32,667 nucleotides of DNA from an uncultured Spirochaetales bacterium (GTDB lineage: Bacteria; UBP6; UBA1177), in the NCBI GenBank assembly GCA_902780365.1, contig CACZFE010000028.1, positions 1 to 32,667 of the forward strand. Direction: 5' to 3'. Shown here one piece after another: positions 18,621-28,568 of the stretch (its first letter is position 1; every line of letters begins with the position of its first letter). The position numbers and the translations under genes are program-made. The notes under the pieces were generated by a model, which did not search any database, was not told the DNA's origin, and saw only the letters and a list, made by a program, of their open reading frames with translations.

Positions 18621-19680
18621 CTTTTCTTTGCAGGATTTCTATGTTTTCACAAGTTCTTGATGAGTTGATATCAAACCTGTTTTCGTTAAAAACGAATCTT
18701 CTTATAAATGCTTTAAGCAGATTTTTTCTTCTTGCGAAGAACATGGATTTATAAGCCAAATCCTCATTGTATGGCATAATCTCTGCAATATCCGCTATAG
18801 GATTGTAGTCATCTTCCAAAACAGACATTCCACTGTCAAAACCTGTAAATTCTTTGCATTTTTCGACCAAGCCATTCCTTATTTTCATAAAAGCAGTTGG
18901 ATTAGACGGAGGATTATTAACATCGTAAACTTGCGGGTTTGCAATGAAATCCTTTTTATCCACAATATTCAAACATTCCTCAAGACCATCGAAACGTGTT
19001 TTTGCATCATAGTTATCTTGTTTGATCACACAGACAGGCGTTCCGAATGCCGTTGATGGAAGAGCTGCATGCAGAGCAATAGTAACAACACAATGAGCAT
19101 TATGATATAAAAACAATGTAAACTTGGCCATCCTTATCCTTTGTTCATAAGAAAAGCAGACTTTCTGCTCTCTGCCGATACAAATTACCCTTTTATTTGT
19201 GCGTGATTTTATTGCTTTAACTACCTCATCTGGAACATCTACGCAGAGAATATAGCCATCAATAAACTTATGTTTTAAAGAAGGATTCGGCAATAAGGTG
19301 GTGGTCATACAACCAGTAAAATAAGCATCAATTCCTTTTGAACGTAAAAATTCCGCTGTTCCTTTGTCTCTGCATCCTATAGGTTCATGCTGCTTGAAAT
19401 ATTGAATATTCTTTTTATTCATAAATTTGTCATTTCTGAGACGATATTGCAGATGAAAAGAGACAAATAAAGGATTTATGGATGAAGCTGGAGGAAAATG
19501 TTTGCCCTCCCACAACCACCAATGGTTCATAATCAAAGATACTGGGGATTCACATTTGAACTCATCTATCCGCTCTCGATGAATTAAGTAATCAACTTTC
19601 GGCAAAAAACGAAAAGCCGCAAGACATTGAACTTCATCACCGATGTTAAATGATGACGTAGTTAAAAGACCATATTTCAT
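18610..19680 (-). CDS. polysaccharide pyruvyl transferase family protein
   Basis: 356 aa with an N-terminal SFNIGDEVQ motif typical of the PS_pyruv_trans family. The glycan-operon context fits. Confidence 0.65.
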   Translation of the reverse strand: MKYGLLTTSSFNIGDEVQCLAAFRFLPKVDYLIHRERIDEFKCESPVSLIMNHWWLWEGKHFPPASSINPLFVSFHLQYRLRNDKFMNKKNIQYFKQHEPIGCRDKGTAEFLRSKGIDAYFTGCMTTTLLPNPSLKHKFIDGYILCVDVPDEVVKAIKSRTNKRVICIGREQKVCFSYEQRIRMAKFTLFLYHNAHCVVTIALHAALPSTAFGTPVCVIKQDNYDAKTRFDGLEECLNIVDKKDFIANPQVYDVNNPPSNPTAFMKIRNGLVEKCKEFTGFDSGMSVLEDDYNPIADIAEIMPYNEDLAYKSMFFARRKNLLKAFIRRFVFNENRFDINSSRTCENIEILQRKDER

Positions 19681-19692
19681 ATATTACACCTA

Positions 19693-20409
19693 TTATTTCA
19701 ACCAATTATCCTTATCCGACTTGAGATATGCTTTGAACATTTCCAAATCATCTTTTGTAGTCAGCTTTATGTTTTTGTCAGACCCTGCGGCGAAATAAAG
19801 GCGCTCGCCCAATTCAACCATCATGGTGTTGGTGTATGAAGAACCGTAAATACCGATTTTTTCAGCGAATGCTTTTTTGTAACCCCAAAGCAGTTTTTCA
19901 AACTTGTATGCCTGCGGAGTTGAAACTCTGCGCAATGTTTCACGTGGAATATACTTCACTGTGCTGATGTCATCGTCAACAACAAAAATCTGCTCGTTGT
20001 AAGGCAACGAAGTGACGGCATTGCCGTACTGTGTCGCCTTCATGATCACATCGGTTAAAACAGTTTCATCGACAAGAGGTCTTATTCCGTCATGAATAAC
20101 AACGATATCATCGTCAGCGCACTTGCCTTCAAGGTTGTAGACACCGTTACGGATAGATTCCTGCCCGGTTGCTCCGCCTGAAACCACCCATTTGAGTTTA
20201 GAGATATTGAATTGTTTTGCATACGCCCAGAGGACATCGTGCCAGCCGTCAATGCAGACAACTTCTATCGCGTCTATCTGCGGATGTTTCTGGAAACCTT
20301 CCAAAGTGTAGATAAGAACAGGTTTGTCATAGACATTGATAAACTGTTTGGGAATGTCCTGTCCCATTCTGGAGCCGGAACCTCCGGCAATAATTACAGC
20401 AACGTTCAT
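19693..20409 (-). CDS. IspD/TarI-family cytidylyltransferase, probably making CDP-ribitol or a related CDP-alditol
   Basis: 238 aa with VIIAGGSGSRMGQDIPKQF. It is directly adjacent to licD. Confidence 0.8.
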   Translation of the reverse strand: MNVAVIIAGGSGSRMGQDIPKQFINVYDKPVLIYTLEGFQKHPQIDAIEVVCIDGWHDVLWAYAKQFNISKLKWVVSGGATGQESIRNGVYNLEGKCADDDIVVIHDGIRPLVDETVLTDVIMKATQYGNAVTSLPYNEQIFVVDDDISTVKYIPRETLRRVSTPQAYKFEKLLWGYKKAFAEKIGIYGSSYTNTMMVELGERLYFAAGSDKNIKLTTKDDLEMFKAYLKSDKDNWLK

Positions 20410-21219
20410 TTATCCCTCCTTGTCTGAATATTTCGCATACGGGGTCGTTAAATCAAGATAATAACCATGGTGAGAAACCCTTTTTTCCTCTGGAGGCAAC
20501 TTTCTCCAGTCACCATATATATTTTTCAGATAATCTTCTGCCTGTTCAGGTCCAAATATCTTTGTATCTTCAAAATCGTATAAAGTTGGCTTAGAAAAGT
20601 CGGAAAGAGGCACTATTTCCTTAAGTCCCCATGCTCCCACCAAATTACCACCCCAAACCGCCGTTTTATACGGCACTTTTTGACAAACTTCATTGATTTT
20701 TTGCGACAACTTTTTCTCAGAAATTATAAAATTGGGAACTGCTTGAGCAAGAAACAGCAAAGCATTTTTATAAAAACTTCTGCCCTTTTTAAGCTTGATT
20801 TGCCTTAATGCCAAAAGATTCAATTTATTCTGAATTACCTTGTAATTGCTCTTGGCTTCTTCCTTGGAATTTCCCAGCCCGTCAAGTGGAAAAATGTCCA
20901 GATAAACTCCGCGAACCAATTTGTTTTTCACATTTTCTATCAAAGTCGTCTGAGTGTCATAGAGTTTGCAATAAGGACAGCAGTAATTCGGATCATTCGA
21001 AAGCGGAGTTTCTAGGAGATATCTGTCATCAATTTTTTGATTACTCAGCAATGTTATCAACAAGTTATAATCTTCACGCGGAATCCCGAGATCTATGTCG
21101 TCATCCCATGGGATAAACCCCTTGTGCCGCAATGCTCCAAGCAATGTCCCGCCTAAAGCGTAATATCTGATATTGTGCTCAACACAATAACTATGAAATG
21201 CTTTTAACATGGTTAACAA
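20410..21219 (-). CDS. licD: LicD-family phosphotransferase
   Basis: 269 aa with the LicD signature GGTLLGALRHKGFIPWDDDIDLG. Confidence 0.85.
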   Translation of the reverse strand: MLTMLKAFHSYCVEHNIRYYALGGTLLGALRHKGFIPWDDDIDLGIPREDYNLLITLLSNQKIDDRYLLETPLSNDPNYCCPYCKLYDTQTTLIENVKNKLVRGVYLDIFPLDGLGNSKEEAKSNYKVIQNKLNLLALRQIKLKKGRSFYKNALLFLAQAVPNFIISEKKLSQKINEVCQKVPYKTAVWGGNLVGAWGLKEIVPLSDFSKPTLYDFEDTKIFGPEQAEDYLKNIYGDWRKLPPEEKRVSHHGYYLDLTTPYAKYSDKEG

Positions 21220-22373
21220 ACATCGCTGATCAAGTTAAAGCAATTCAAACCGATAAGGACAAGTAAAACTAAAACTTGAAAAACTGCGGAAGTTACTGTT
21301 GTTGCGGTTACTTGTTTCTGTTTATTTATTGCTCCCAATGTCGGCCAGCCATAAATCATGGAAAGAAAACCAAAAAACATTACCGGAGTCAGCAAACGTA
21401 ACAAATATGAGGCCTCTGTGTATTTAGCCCCACCTACAATCAAAAGAGCTTCTTTGGCTACCAAAAAAGTAAATATGCAACCTACAGCAATTATCGGCAG
21501 GAAAATTTTTACAGTTTTCTGAATTATACTGCGCTTTTTAGAAAGAACCATCTGAGGATAAATTCCCGATATAATAGGAGTGTAGAAAGATTGAACTGCT
21601 CCTATTATTTGCGCGCAGACGCTCCAATATGCAACATTCACCGGATCTATAAAAATACCTATGAGCAAAGTGTTTAACGCACCGAAGGCTGATGTGGCCA
21701 TATTAGATACAAAATATACGGCCGAATCTTTCAATTTTTTTACCGCAGAGCGCAATCCGTCGGGACAGATCTTTACGTTCAGTTTTTTCAACTGAATCCA
21801 GACAAGAACTATTGCTACCATGGAGCCTATGATATTCAGAATCGGGATCCAAAGGATATCCGCGTCGCTTCTAACGACAACGAAAGTCAGCAAAGTTGCA
21901 ATCCCGCGCATAACAACAAAACGGATCGTGATGATCTCCATTTTCTCAATACCACGGAAATAAAAATCCATCAGAAAAACTGTGAGGAATACCGTCACGA
22001 AGGAAAGCACCGTATAAAGCATATTTTGATTGAGAATTGGAATAAAAATCATAGCTGCAATCAATATGACAAAAGCAAATAAACATAGGATCAGACGTGC
22101 AACAAAAATATTTCCGATTTCACGGTTTATTTCATCCTGTTTTCCCAAAACCAGAACAATGGCTTTTGTTCCCGAAAGCATGAAACCAAAATCCACCATC
22201 AACTGCATATATTGCATCGTAGCTTTCACATAAGATACAACACCATAAGTCTCCACGCTAAGAACACGTGTCAAATACGGCAGAGTAACAAGAGGGAATA
22301 CCATTTTGGCAATGTTCAACAAATAGAGCATAGAAACATTTTTTACAATTTTGTTTTTAGAGGTTTGCATCAA
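21213..22373 (-). CDS. wzx: oligosaccharide flippase (Wzx / MOP superfamily)
   Basis: 386 aa, polytopic. The N-terminus KNVSMLYLLNIAKMVFPLVTLPYLTRVLSVETYG is typical of Wzx. Confidence 0.75.
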   Translation of the reverse strand: MMQTSKNKIVKNVSMLYLLNIAKMVFPLVTLPYLTRVLSVETYGVVSYVKATMQYMQLMVDFGFMLSGTKAIVLVLGKQDEINREIGNIFVARLILCLFAFVILIAAMIFIPILNQNMLYTVLSFVTVFLTVFLMDFYFRGIEKMEIITIRFVVMRGIATLLTFVVVRSDADILWIPILNIIGSMVAIVLVWIQLKKLNVKICPDGLRSAVKKLKDSAVYFVSNMATSAFGALNTLLIGIFIDPVNVAYWSVCAQIIGAVQSFYTPIISGIYPQMVLSKKRSIIQKTVKIFLPIIAVGCIFTFLVAKEALLIVGGAKYTEASYLLRLLTPVMFFGFLSMIYGWPTLGAINKQKQVTATTVTSAVFQVLVLLVLIGLNCFNLISDVC

Positions 22374-23777
22374 CTATTTACCAATATTTATATGCCACCT
22401 GCTGATTCTGAATAAAAACCAGAAAGTAACAATATACGCCAAAGTATATGCCAAACTCGACATCAAATCACCACGCAACATGAAGAAAAAACACGGAGGA
22501 AGAAAAGGATAAATAATTTTTATGAAACTAAAGCTCTGATTGTTCGGAGCATTTTCCCAATATTTTCGGTCAAGAATGGTGCATAAAATGCCAAAAACGA
22601 ATGCAAACAAAACAACTCCGAATATTCCAAAATTGATATAACCTTCTCCAATGAGCGGACAGGAAATATTTGAGAAAAGTTGTCCTTGAAATTTTGCAAT
22701 CATTGCTCCTGTTCCGATTGGTTTTGCTGCCCAAATGCTTCTTGGAACAAAGAAAAATATTGCACCTAAAAGCTGATGGCCATAAGTAAAATCGGCAACT
22801 TCGACATAATTTCGCACGCCTTCAATCATTGAAAATGCATCATAGTTCGATGACAAATATTCTTCCTGTAAATTAGAAGCCATACCATAAAGTGCAGAAA
22901 AAAGGTTTTCATTATAAATACTCATCCTTCTGAAAACATTCAAAATAGGGAAAACTGCAACTGTTGCCCCGAGAAAACAAAGAATATACCAAGGTTTTTG
23001 CCTAAAGTTTTCCAAATCACGATAGAAAAAAACGACAAACAATCCGAGATAAATAACTCCTGCTTCGTTTCTCGAAACCGCAAAAGGAAAACACGAGAGC
23101 AAGAGGACTATTGAGTTGATGAACAGAAGCTTATTCACTTTAATCTCTTTTTTTATTGCCGTCATAATCAGTAAAGTTTCCGTAAAAACTATTGTTGCCC
23201 TGGAACATTTTGACCAAATCAATCCGACAGCTATTGACATCTCAACCGCATCTTCACTGGCCTTCATATCAGCACGGGAAAACATATTATAGAATCCATA
23301 TCTTGACACAATCATGATTCCACAAACAAGGCTGATAAATGTGAAAATATAAAGCCAGCCGGATGATATTTTTTCTCTCTGTTTGGCACATGGCAGATGA
23401 ATTTTTTTTCCAATAAGACTGCCGCTTAAGGAGTAGACAACAATCCACAAAATAATCATCAGACAACTTTTGGTAACATTCTCGTTATCCATGGAGTTAA
23501 ATCCCCACACAGAAAATCCAAAAGAAGCTTGTGTTAGCGGAGCCACAAAAAAGAAAATCAGTGTAAAAATCCAGTGAATCATGTTCAAAGTTACTGCTGC
23601 ATATCCGAGTTCACGAATTATCCCAATAACGCTGAACATCGCAATAACAAAAAAGAGAAGCGATGCTTCCAAAGAAACCGTGTCGGTTATCTGACCTGGC
23701 AGAATAGCAACCAGCAGAACGATAATTGCAATAAAAACAATGAGTTTTTTGGATGAGAGGATGCCTTTATTTTCCAT
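22374..23777 (-). CDS. polytopic membrane protein, probable O-unit polymerase (Wzy-like)
   Basis: 467 aa with more than 10 hydrophobic helices and no other motif. It sits between a GT and Wzx. The stop abuts the wzx start. Confidence 0.6.
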   Translation of the reverse strand: MENKGILSSKKLIVFIAIIVLLVAILPGQITDTVSLEASLLFFVIAMFSVIGIIRELGYAAVTLNMIHWIFTLIFFFVAPLTQASFGFSVWGFNSMDNENVTKSCLMIILWIVVYSLSGSLIGKKIHLPCAKQREKISSGWLYIFTFISLVCGIMIVSRYGFYNMFSRADMKASEDAVEMSIAVGLIWSKCSRATIVFTETLLIMTAIKKEIKVNKLLFINSIVLLLSCFPFAVSRNEAGVIYLGLFVVFFYRDLENFRQKPWYILCFLGATVAVFPILNVFRRMSIYNENLFSALYGMASNLQEEYLSSNYDAFSMIEGVRNYVEVADFTYGHQLLGAIFFFVPRSIWAAKPIGTGAMIAKFQGQLFSNISCPLIGEGYINFGIFGVVLFAFVFGILCTILDRKYWENAPNNQSFSFIKIIYPFLPPCFFFMLRGDLMSSLAYTLAYIVTFWFLFRISRWHINIGK

Positions 23778-24885
23778 TGTTTCTTTCTAAAATAATCTGA
23801 ATTTTTTCCACCAACCCTTCCTTATCTCCGCACTCCACGACATTTTCTTCAGGCACACTTTCCGGGCTGCCGCCTGTCCGATAAGTTATTGTCGGAGTGC
23901 CGCAAGCCTGAGCTTCAAGATTTGTTGTGGGATAGTTATCTTCATAAGTCGGATTCACAAAAACATCTGCCGCTGTGTAGATTTCAGCGAGTTCTTGCGG
24001 GCTGTTTGTCCTTCTGATGCCGATTATGTTTTTCGGCAGAGTATCGATCTGTTTCTGCGTGAGCCCGACAAGAACGATCTGGCATGAATCATCCATTTTT
24101 TCAGCCAACCACAGGAAATCGTTCAAACCTTTTCTTTCACTCCACGGACTTGCAACACCAAGCACGATTCTTTTATTCTGCAATCCGTATCTTTCACGGA
24201 AATCGCTCGGAGTCGGCTTGAAAACATTGGTGTCGATTGTGTTGTAATGCACTTCAACGGTATATTCCTTCAAAAAGCTCTGCTTCACCAAGTCAGCGAG
24301 CCACTTTGAAGGAGTTATCAAAGTCATATTTTTGACACCTGTGAAGGCTTGTTTTTTTCTGTCAAAATTCTCTTTTGAGCGGTCAAAAAAGAAACTGGAG
24401 GGATAACACTTTTTCTGCGGACAATTTTCGCAATGGGTTTTCCACTTGTCACATCCCACAAAAGTGAAGTGGGAACAGTGACCGGTGAATGTCCAGCAGT
24501 CGTGCAGAGTCCATTTTACTTCCATTTCAGGGTGTTTTTTTATCCACGCAAACAGAAGTTCATAGTTGATGTAATATCCGTGGGTGTTGTGCAGCCAGAG
24601 CATATCAGGTTTGTATTCTTCAGCCCATTCGAGGAATTTTTTTGTCGCTGATTTTGAACCGAGACCGTGAGCATCGAAAAGGCGCGAAATAACACCATGG
24701 ATTTTGACATCGAAATCTGTGCCGATGCGAACAGCGTATTTCTGATATTTTTCGGGAACAAAAGCTCTTCTGCCGTAAGCGATTTTCACTTCATGCCCCT
24801 GAGATTCGTATTCCTGCGCCAGTTCAGTGCAGATGCGGCCGGTGCTACCGATGCCGCAGACTGAATTGACAAAAAGAATTTTCAT
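23767..24885 (-). CDS. glycosyltransferase family 4
   Basis: I chose the ATG at 24885 (MKILFVNS...); the track start at 24903 is GTG. The C-terminal GT-B motif is VNPTYEDNYPTTNLEAQACGTP. Confidence 0.8.
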   Translation of the reverse strand: MKILFVNSVCGIGSTGRICTELAQEYESQGHEVKIAYGRRAFVPEKYQKYAVRIGTDFDVKIHGVISRLFDAHGLGSKSATKKFLEWAEEYKPDMLWLHNTHGYYINYELLFAWIKKHPEMEVKWTLHDCWTFTGHCSHFTFVGCDKWKTHCENCPQKKCYPSSFFFDRSKENFDRKKQAFTGVKNMTLITPSKWLADLVKQSFLKEYTVEVHYNTIDTNVFKPTPSDFRERYGLQNKRIVLGVASPWSERKGLNDFLWLAEKMDDSCQIVLVGLTQKQIDTLPKNIIGIRRTNSPQELAEIYTAADVFVNPTYEDNYPTTNLEAQACGTPTITYRTGGSPESVPEENVVECGDKEGLVEKIQIILERNNGK

Positions 24886-25065
24886 ATTTTTAAGAATCCC
24901 CACTCACGATTACAACAAGCGAATTCAATTTTGCAAAGATATGGAATCACTAAAAAAAGTCAACATTCGACAATTCCTTAAAAAATATCGAATTTCAAAA
25001 AAAAATCGCTATACTCTCCCAGTTTCAAGTTTTTTCTTAATTGTGAACTTTTAAGGTTGATTGCA
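24886..25065. promoter_or_regulatory. Divergent intergenic control region between the two glycosyltransferase transcription units
   Basis: 180-nt AT-rich gap between oppositely oriented genes. It contains a TATACT -10-like hexamer upstream of the plus-strand gene and an ATTCGA-N17-TCGAAT inverted repeat. Confidence 0.3.
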
Positions 25066-26265
25066 ATGAAACTTTTATTCTTACTTTTAGAACTTTCACC
25101 AGACACGACAGCCTCCGCGATGTATCCGGATTTAATGGAGGAATTGAAAAATCACGGCCACGAAATCACAGTTGTTGCTCCATCGGTCAACGGTGCTGAA
25201 ACAACACTCCAGACAGAACGCGGACTTCAAGTGCTGCGAGTAAAAAGTATGCCGATTGTCGGTGTTCATAATCTCATAAAAAAGGGAATCGGCATGGCAT
25301 TACTTCCCCATTTCTTTAAAAAGGCTTACAAAAAATATCTCGGTGATCAAAAATTCGATTGGATTTTTATGCCTACCCCGCCGATAACTTTGATTGATGT
25401 CGTATCTTACATCAAACAGAAATCAGGAGCTAAATTTTACCTGATCCTGAGAGACATTCATCCTCAAAGTGCAGCCAGCATAGGACTCATAAAATACAAA
25501 TTCATGTATGACTACTTGGCCAAAAGAGCGAAAAAAGGCTATGAAATAGCCGACAAAATAGGCTGTATGTCACAAGGAAACATTGATTTTATTGCCTCGA
25601 ACTATCCCGAACTTGATAGACAGAAATTAGTTCTTCTGATGAACTGGCAAAAAGACGAGGGTTATTCTGAACCCAAAGTAAATATTCGTGAAAAATACAA
25701 TCTTGAAGGCAAAACTCTTGCTTTGTTCGGAGGCAACATAGGTCACGGACAAAGAATAGAAAACATCCATTTCCTAGCGAAACATTACAAAGATAGATCT
25801 GATGTTGTTTTTCTGGTTATCGGAAAAGGCGTAAAAAAAGCCGCTTTGCAGCAAATGATTGAAAAAGACAACTTAAAAAATGTAATATTCTTAAATTTCC
25901 TGCCACGAGACGAATATCTGGATTTTATCAAATCTGTCGATATTGGACTTATTTCCATAAGTGAAAAATACACCGTTCCGACGTGTCCTTCAAAAGCTGT
26001 TTCCTACATGTCTCTAAAAATACCGATAATGGCTATGATAAACTACGGCAGCGATTACGGCACAATTATCGAAAACGCAGGAGCCGGTTTCTGGGCGGAA
26101 GGAGACAAAAAAGAAAAAGTTGTCGAACTATTCGACAAATTGCTTGAAAGCAGCGAACTCCGCAAGAAAATGGGAGAAAACGGATATAAATTCTATCTTG
26201 AAAACCTTACAGCAGAACATGCTTATAATGCCGTTATGAAGGAAATAGAAAATGAAAAAGCTTAG
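25066..26265 (+). CDS. glycosyltransferase family 4 (WcaI/WbuB-like)
   Basis: I chose the ATG at 25066; the track start is TTG at 25057. 399 aa with GT-B fold features and the C-terminal ...CPSKAVSYMSLKIPIMA.... Confidence 0.8.
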   Translation: MKLLFLLLELSPDTTASAMYPDLMEELKNHGHEITVVAPSVNGAETTLQTERGLQVLRVKSMPIVGVHNLIKKGIGMALLPHFFKKAYKKYLGDQKFDWIFMPTPPITLIDVVSYIKQKSGAKFYLILRDIHPQSAASIGLIKYKFMYDYLAKRAKKGYEIADKIGCMSQGNIDFIASNYPELDRQKLVLLMNWQKDEGYSEPKVNIREKYNLEGKTLALFGGNIGHGQRIENIHFLAKHYKDRSDVVFLVIGKGVKKAALQQMIEKDNLKNVIFLNFLPRDEYLDFIKSVDIGLISISEKYTVPTCPSKAVSYMSLKIPIMAMINYGSDYGTIIENAGAGFWAEGDKKEKVVELFDKLLESSELRKKMGENGYKFYLENLTAEHAYNAVMKEIENEKA

Positions 26266-26833
26266 CCTGACCTTCAGATTCATGCGTCTTCTTGGACTTA
26301 ATTTGTCTGAGGAAGAATATGGACAAATTTCCTTGTTCGGAGCAATCTATAGAGCGTATTTAGGTTTCAGAAACGCCTTTTTACTCAAATACTGCATGTA
26401 TTCCGTATTGTTAGGCTCTTTTAACTATCGAAAAATCAGACCTTTTTTATGGCGTAAAATGGGAGCAAAAGTAGGTAAAGACTGCTTTATCGGATATGAA
26501 GTCTGGATGGATGTCACTCATTCCGATTTAATAGAATTGGAAGACCATGTGCATGTGGCCAATCGTTGCTTGCTCCTGTGCCATCAAAGAGATCTTTCGC
26601 ACTACTTTGTCGGTGACGATTATGCAAAACTTTCGTATAGAAAGAGTAAGATTGTGTTAAAGAAAGGCTGTCTTATAGGAATGGGAACCATAGTCTGCCC
26701 TGGAGTCACAGTCGGTGAAGGAGCCATTGTCGGAGCAGGATCATTGGTTACAAGAGATATTCCGGCATGGTGTGTCGCAGTAGGAAATCCCGCTAAAGTA
26801 GTAAGACAAATACCCAAGAAAGAAGAAAAATGA
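26252..26833 (+). CDS. hexapeptide-repeat O-acetyltransferase (WcaF / maltose-acetyltransferase-like)
   Basis: 193 aa with left-handed beta-helix repeats: GCLIGMGTIVCPGVTVGEGAIVGAGSLVTRDIPAWCVAVGNPAKV. Confidence 0.8.
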   Translation: MKKLSLTFRFMRLLGLNLSEEEYGQISLFGAIYRAYLGFRNAFLLKYCMYSVLLGSFNYRKIRPFLWRKMGAKVGKDCFIGYEVWMDVTHSDLIELEDHVHVANRCLLLCHQRDLSHYFVGDDYAKLSYRKSKIVLKKGCLIGMGTIVCPGVTVGEGAIVGAGSLVTRDIPAWCVAVGNPAKVVRQIPKKEEK

Positions 26834-27690
26834 GAATCCTTACTTTTGACATAGAAGAGTGGTTTCATCTTTTGGATAACCCATCAACCAAAACAGAAAA
26901 TGAATGGGAAAAATACGAGGTAAGAATTTATCAAAATGTTGACAAAATTCTTGAAATCATTGAAAAAACCGACACTAAAGCAACGTTTTTCATCATAGGC
27001 TGGATTGCAAAAAAATATCCGGACATCGTAAAGCGTATTTCCGAAAAATATGAAATCGGATCACATACCTGCTACCATCAGTTGGTTTGGCAACAGAATC
27101 AAAAAGAATTCAAAGAAGATTTGTCAGCTTCAATCAAACTTTTGCAAGATATTTCCGGCAAACCGGTAAAATATTTCAGGGCTCCCGGATTTTCAATCAG
27201 AACAAGCGAATTGTGGGCATTTGAAGTGATAAAAGAATGCGGAATAGAAATAGACTGCTCGATCTTCCCTGCACATCATGCCCACGGAGGGATCCCACTT
27301 TTCCCAAAACCATATCCTTCAATAATTCAATACAAAGGAATCAAACTGAAAGAATTTCCATGTGTATTTAAAAATATCGGAAAACACCACATTGTTTTCT
27401 CTGGTGGAGGATATTTCAGAATTATTCCTTATTGGCTGCTCAAAAAATGGACGTCAAAATGTAACGAATATCTTCTTTCCTATATTCACCCAAGAGATCT
27501 GGATGCAACCCAACCAATGATTAAGGATTTGCCTTTAAAAAGGAAATTCCGCTCCTATATCGGCATAAAAAATGCAGCGAACAAATTGGAAAAATGGCTC
27601 ACAGACTTTGATTTCACAGATATTGAAACGGCCGACAAATCTTTTGACTGGAACAAAGCTCAGATCGTTAATTTTGATCAGATAAAATAA
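26830..27690 (+). CDS. polysaccharide deacetylase family protein (DUF3473-type)
   Basis: 286 aa with an N-terminal ILTFDIEEWFH, plus ATFFIIGW and SHTCYH metal-site-like motifs. ATGA overlap with the preceding gene. Confidence 0.7.
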   Translation: MRILTFDIEEWFHLLDNPSTKTENEWEKYEVRIYQNVDKILEIIEKTDTKATFFIIGWIAKKYPDIVKRISEKYEIGSHTCYHQLVWQQNQKEFKEDLSASIKLLQDISGKPVKYFRAPGFSIRTSELWAFEVIKECGIEIDCSIFPAHHAHGGIPLFPKPYPSIIQYKGIKLKEFPCVFKNIGKHHIVFSGGGYFRIIPYWLLKKWTSKCNEYLLSYIHPRDLDATQPMIKDLPLKRKFRSYIGIKNAANKLEKWLTDFDFTDIETADKSFDWNKAQIVNFDQIK

Positions 27691-28562
27691 GCATTTATTG
27701 AAAAAGATTTTTGGGCTGGAAGTCGCTTCAAATTCCAATACTTCTTCACCCCTCTCGCCGTATACCAGCACATGAAATATGCTGCTTCAAACAGGTTCAA
27801 ACCGACATGGCGGTAAGTTTTCCATGTTCTGAATGCAGCTTTCATCTTGTTTCTCGTCATCGAGTTCGTAGACAAACGGTACGAGAGCAGAGGTTCATCC
27901 AACCCGATGATTTTACACCCTGATTTAGCCATTTTTAGCCACATCGCAAAATCACTGCTTATATCATCACCGATGACATAGAACTGCTCGTAAAGCTCCT
28001 TTTTCACAAGAACAGACGAGTTGGAAATAATATCCTGCTTCAAAAGCTCGCGGTATGAAATGGTGCATGGAACATGAAGCTGCCAGTTTATGTGATTTCC
28101 GTCGTTGTCGATGAATGCGGAACCGGTGAAAACAAGGTCGGCATTCTCTTTTTCGGCGAGAGCGAACTGCTTTTCAAGTTTGCAACTGTCCCAGATATCG
28201 TCGCTGTCAAGCACCGCGATCCACTCGCCTTTCGCAGCTTCAAGAGCTTTTTTGCGGGTGAGGGAGACACCGAGATTGCTCTCGTTACTGATAACACGGA
28301 TGCGCGGATCGGATTTCGCGAAAGAATCAGCAATTTCCAAGGTGTTGTCTTTCGAACAATCGTTCACCACAATCAGTTCCCAATCGGTATATGTCTGCGC
28401 CAGTACGGAACGGATCGCCGCTGCGATTTTAGACCCCTCGCCTTTTGGAGACGTTTCATGAAACGTCTCTACATTCCCCTCGCCACACTGGAGAGGGGTC
28501 AGGGGTGAGGTTCCCGCATTGTATGCCGCCATGATTATGGTGATCAATGGTCTAGTCATCAT
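27678..28562 (-). CDS. glycosyltransferase family 2 carrying an in-frame repeat-element insertion near the N-terminus
   Basis: Shows GT-A features: IIMAAYNA, LIVVNDCSKDN and AVLDSDDIW (DxD). TSPLTPLQCGEGNVETFHETSPKGEG is intercalated between AAYNAG and SKIAAAIRSVLAQTY. Confidence 0.8.
   Translation of the reverse strand: MMTRPLITIIMAAYNAGTSPLTPLQCGEGNVETFHETSPKGEGSKIAAAIRSVLAQTYTDWELIVVNDCSKDNTLEIADSFAKSDPRIRVISNESNLGVSLTRKKALEAAKGEWIAVLDSDDIWDSCKLEKQFALAEKENADLVFTGSAFIDNDGNHINWQLHVPCTISYRELLKQDIISNSSVLVKKELYEQFYVIGDDISSDFAMWLKMAKSGCKIIGLDEPLLSYRLSTNSMTRNKMKAAFRTWKTYRHVGLNLFEAAYFMCWYTARGVKKYWNLKRLPAQKSFSINAYFI
28434..28511. repeat. Mosaic hairpin repeat, copy C, inside the GT2 CDS
   Basis: Three parts. 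28474-28510 is the reverse complement of the copy A core (35/37). 28448-28469 is the perfect 22-nt palindrome GAGACGTTTCATGAAACGTCTC. 28434-28446 (CCCCTCGCCTTTT) is identical to 29780-29792. Confidence 0.85.
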
Positions 28563-28568
28563 TACTTC

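Noticed and set aside
28074-28508. Plus-strand ORFs of 144 aa and 118 aa, and the minus-strand 81-aa ORF, within the GT2 gene
   Set aside because: They are alternative frames of the GT2 CDS. Part of their openness derives from the GC-rich repeat.
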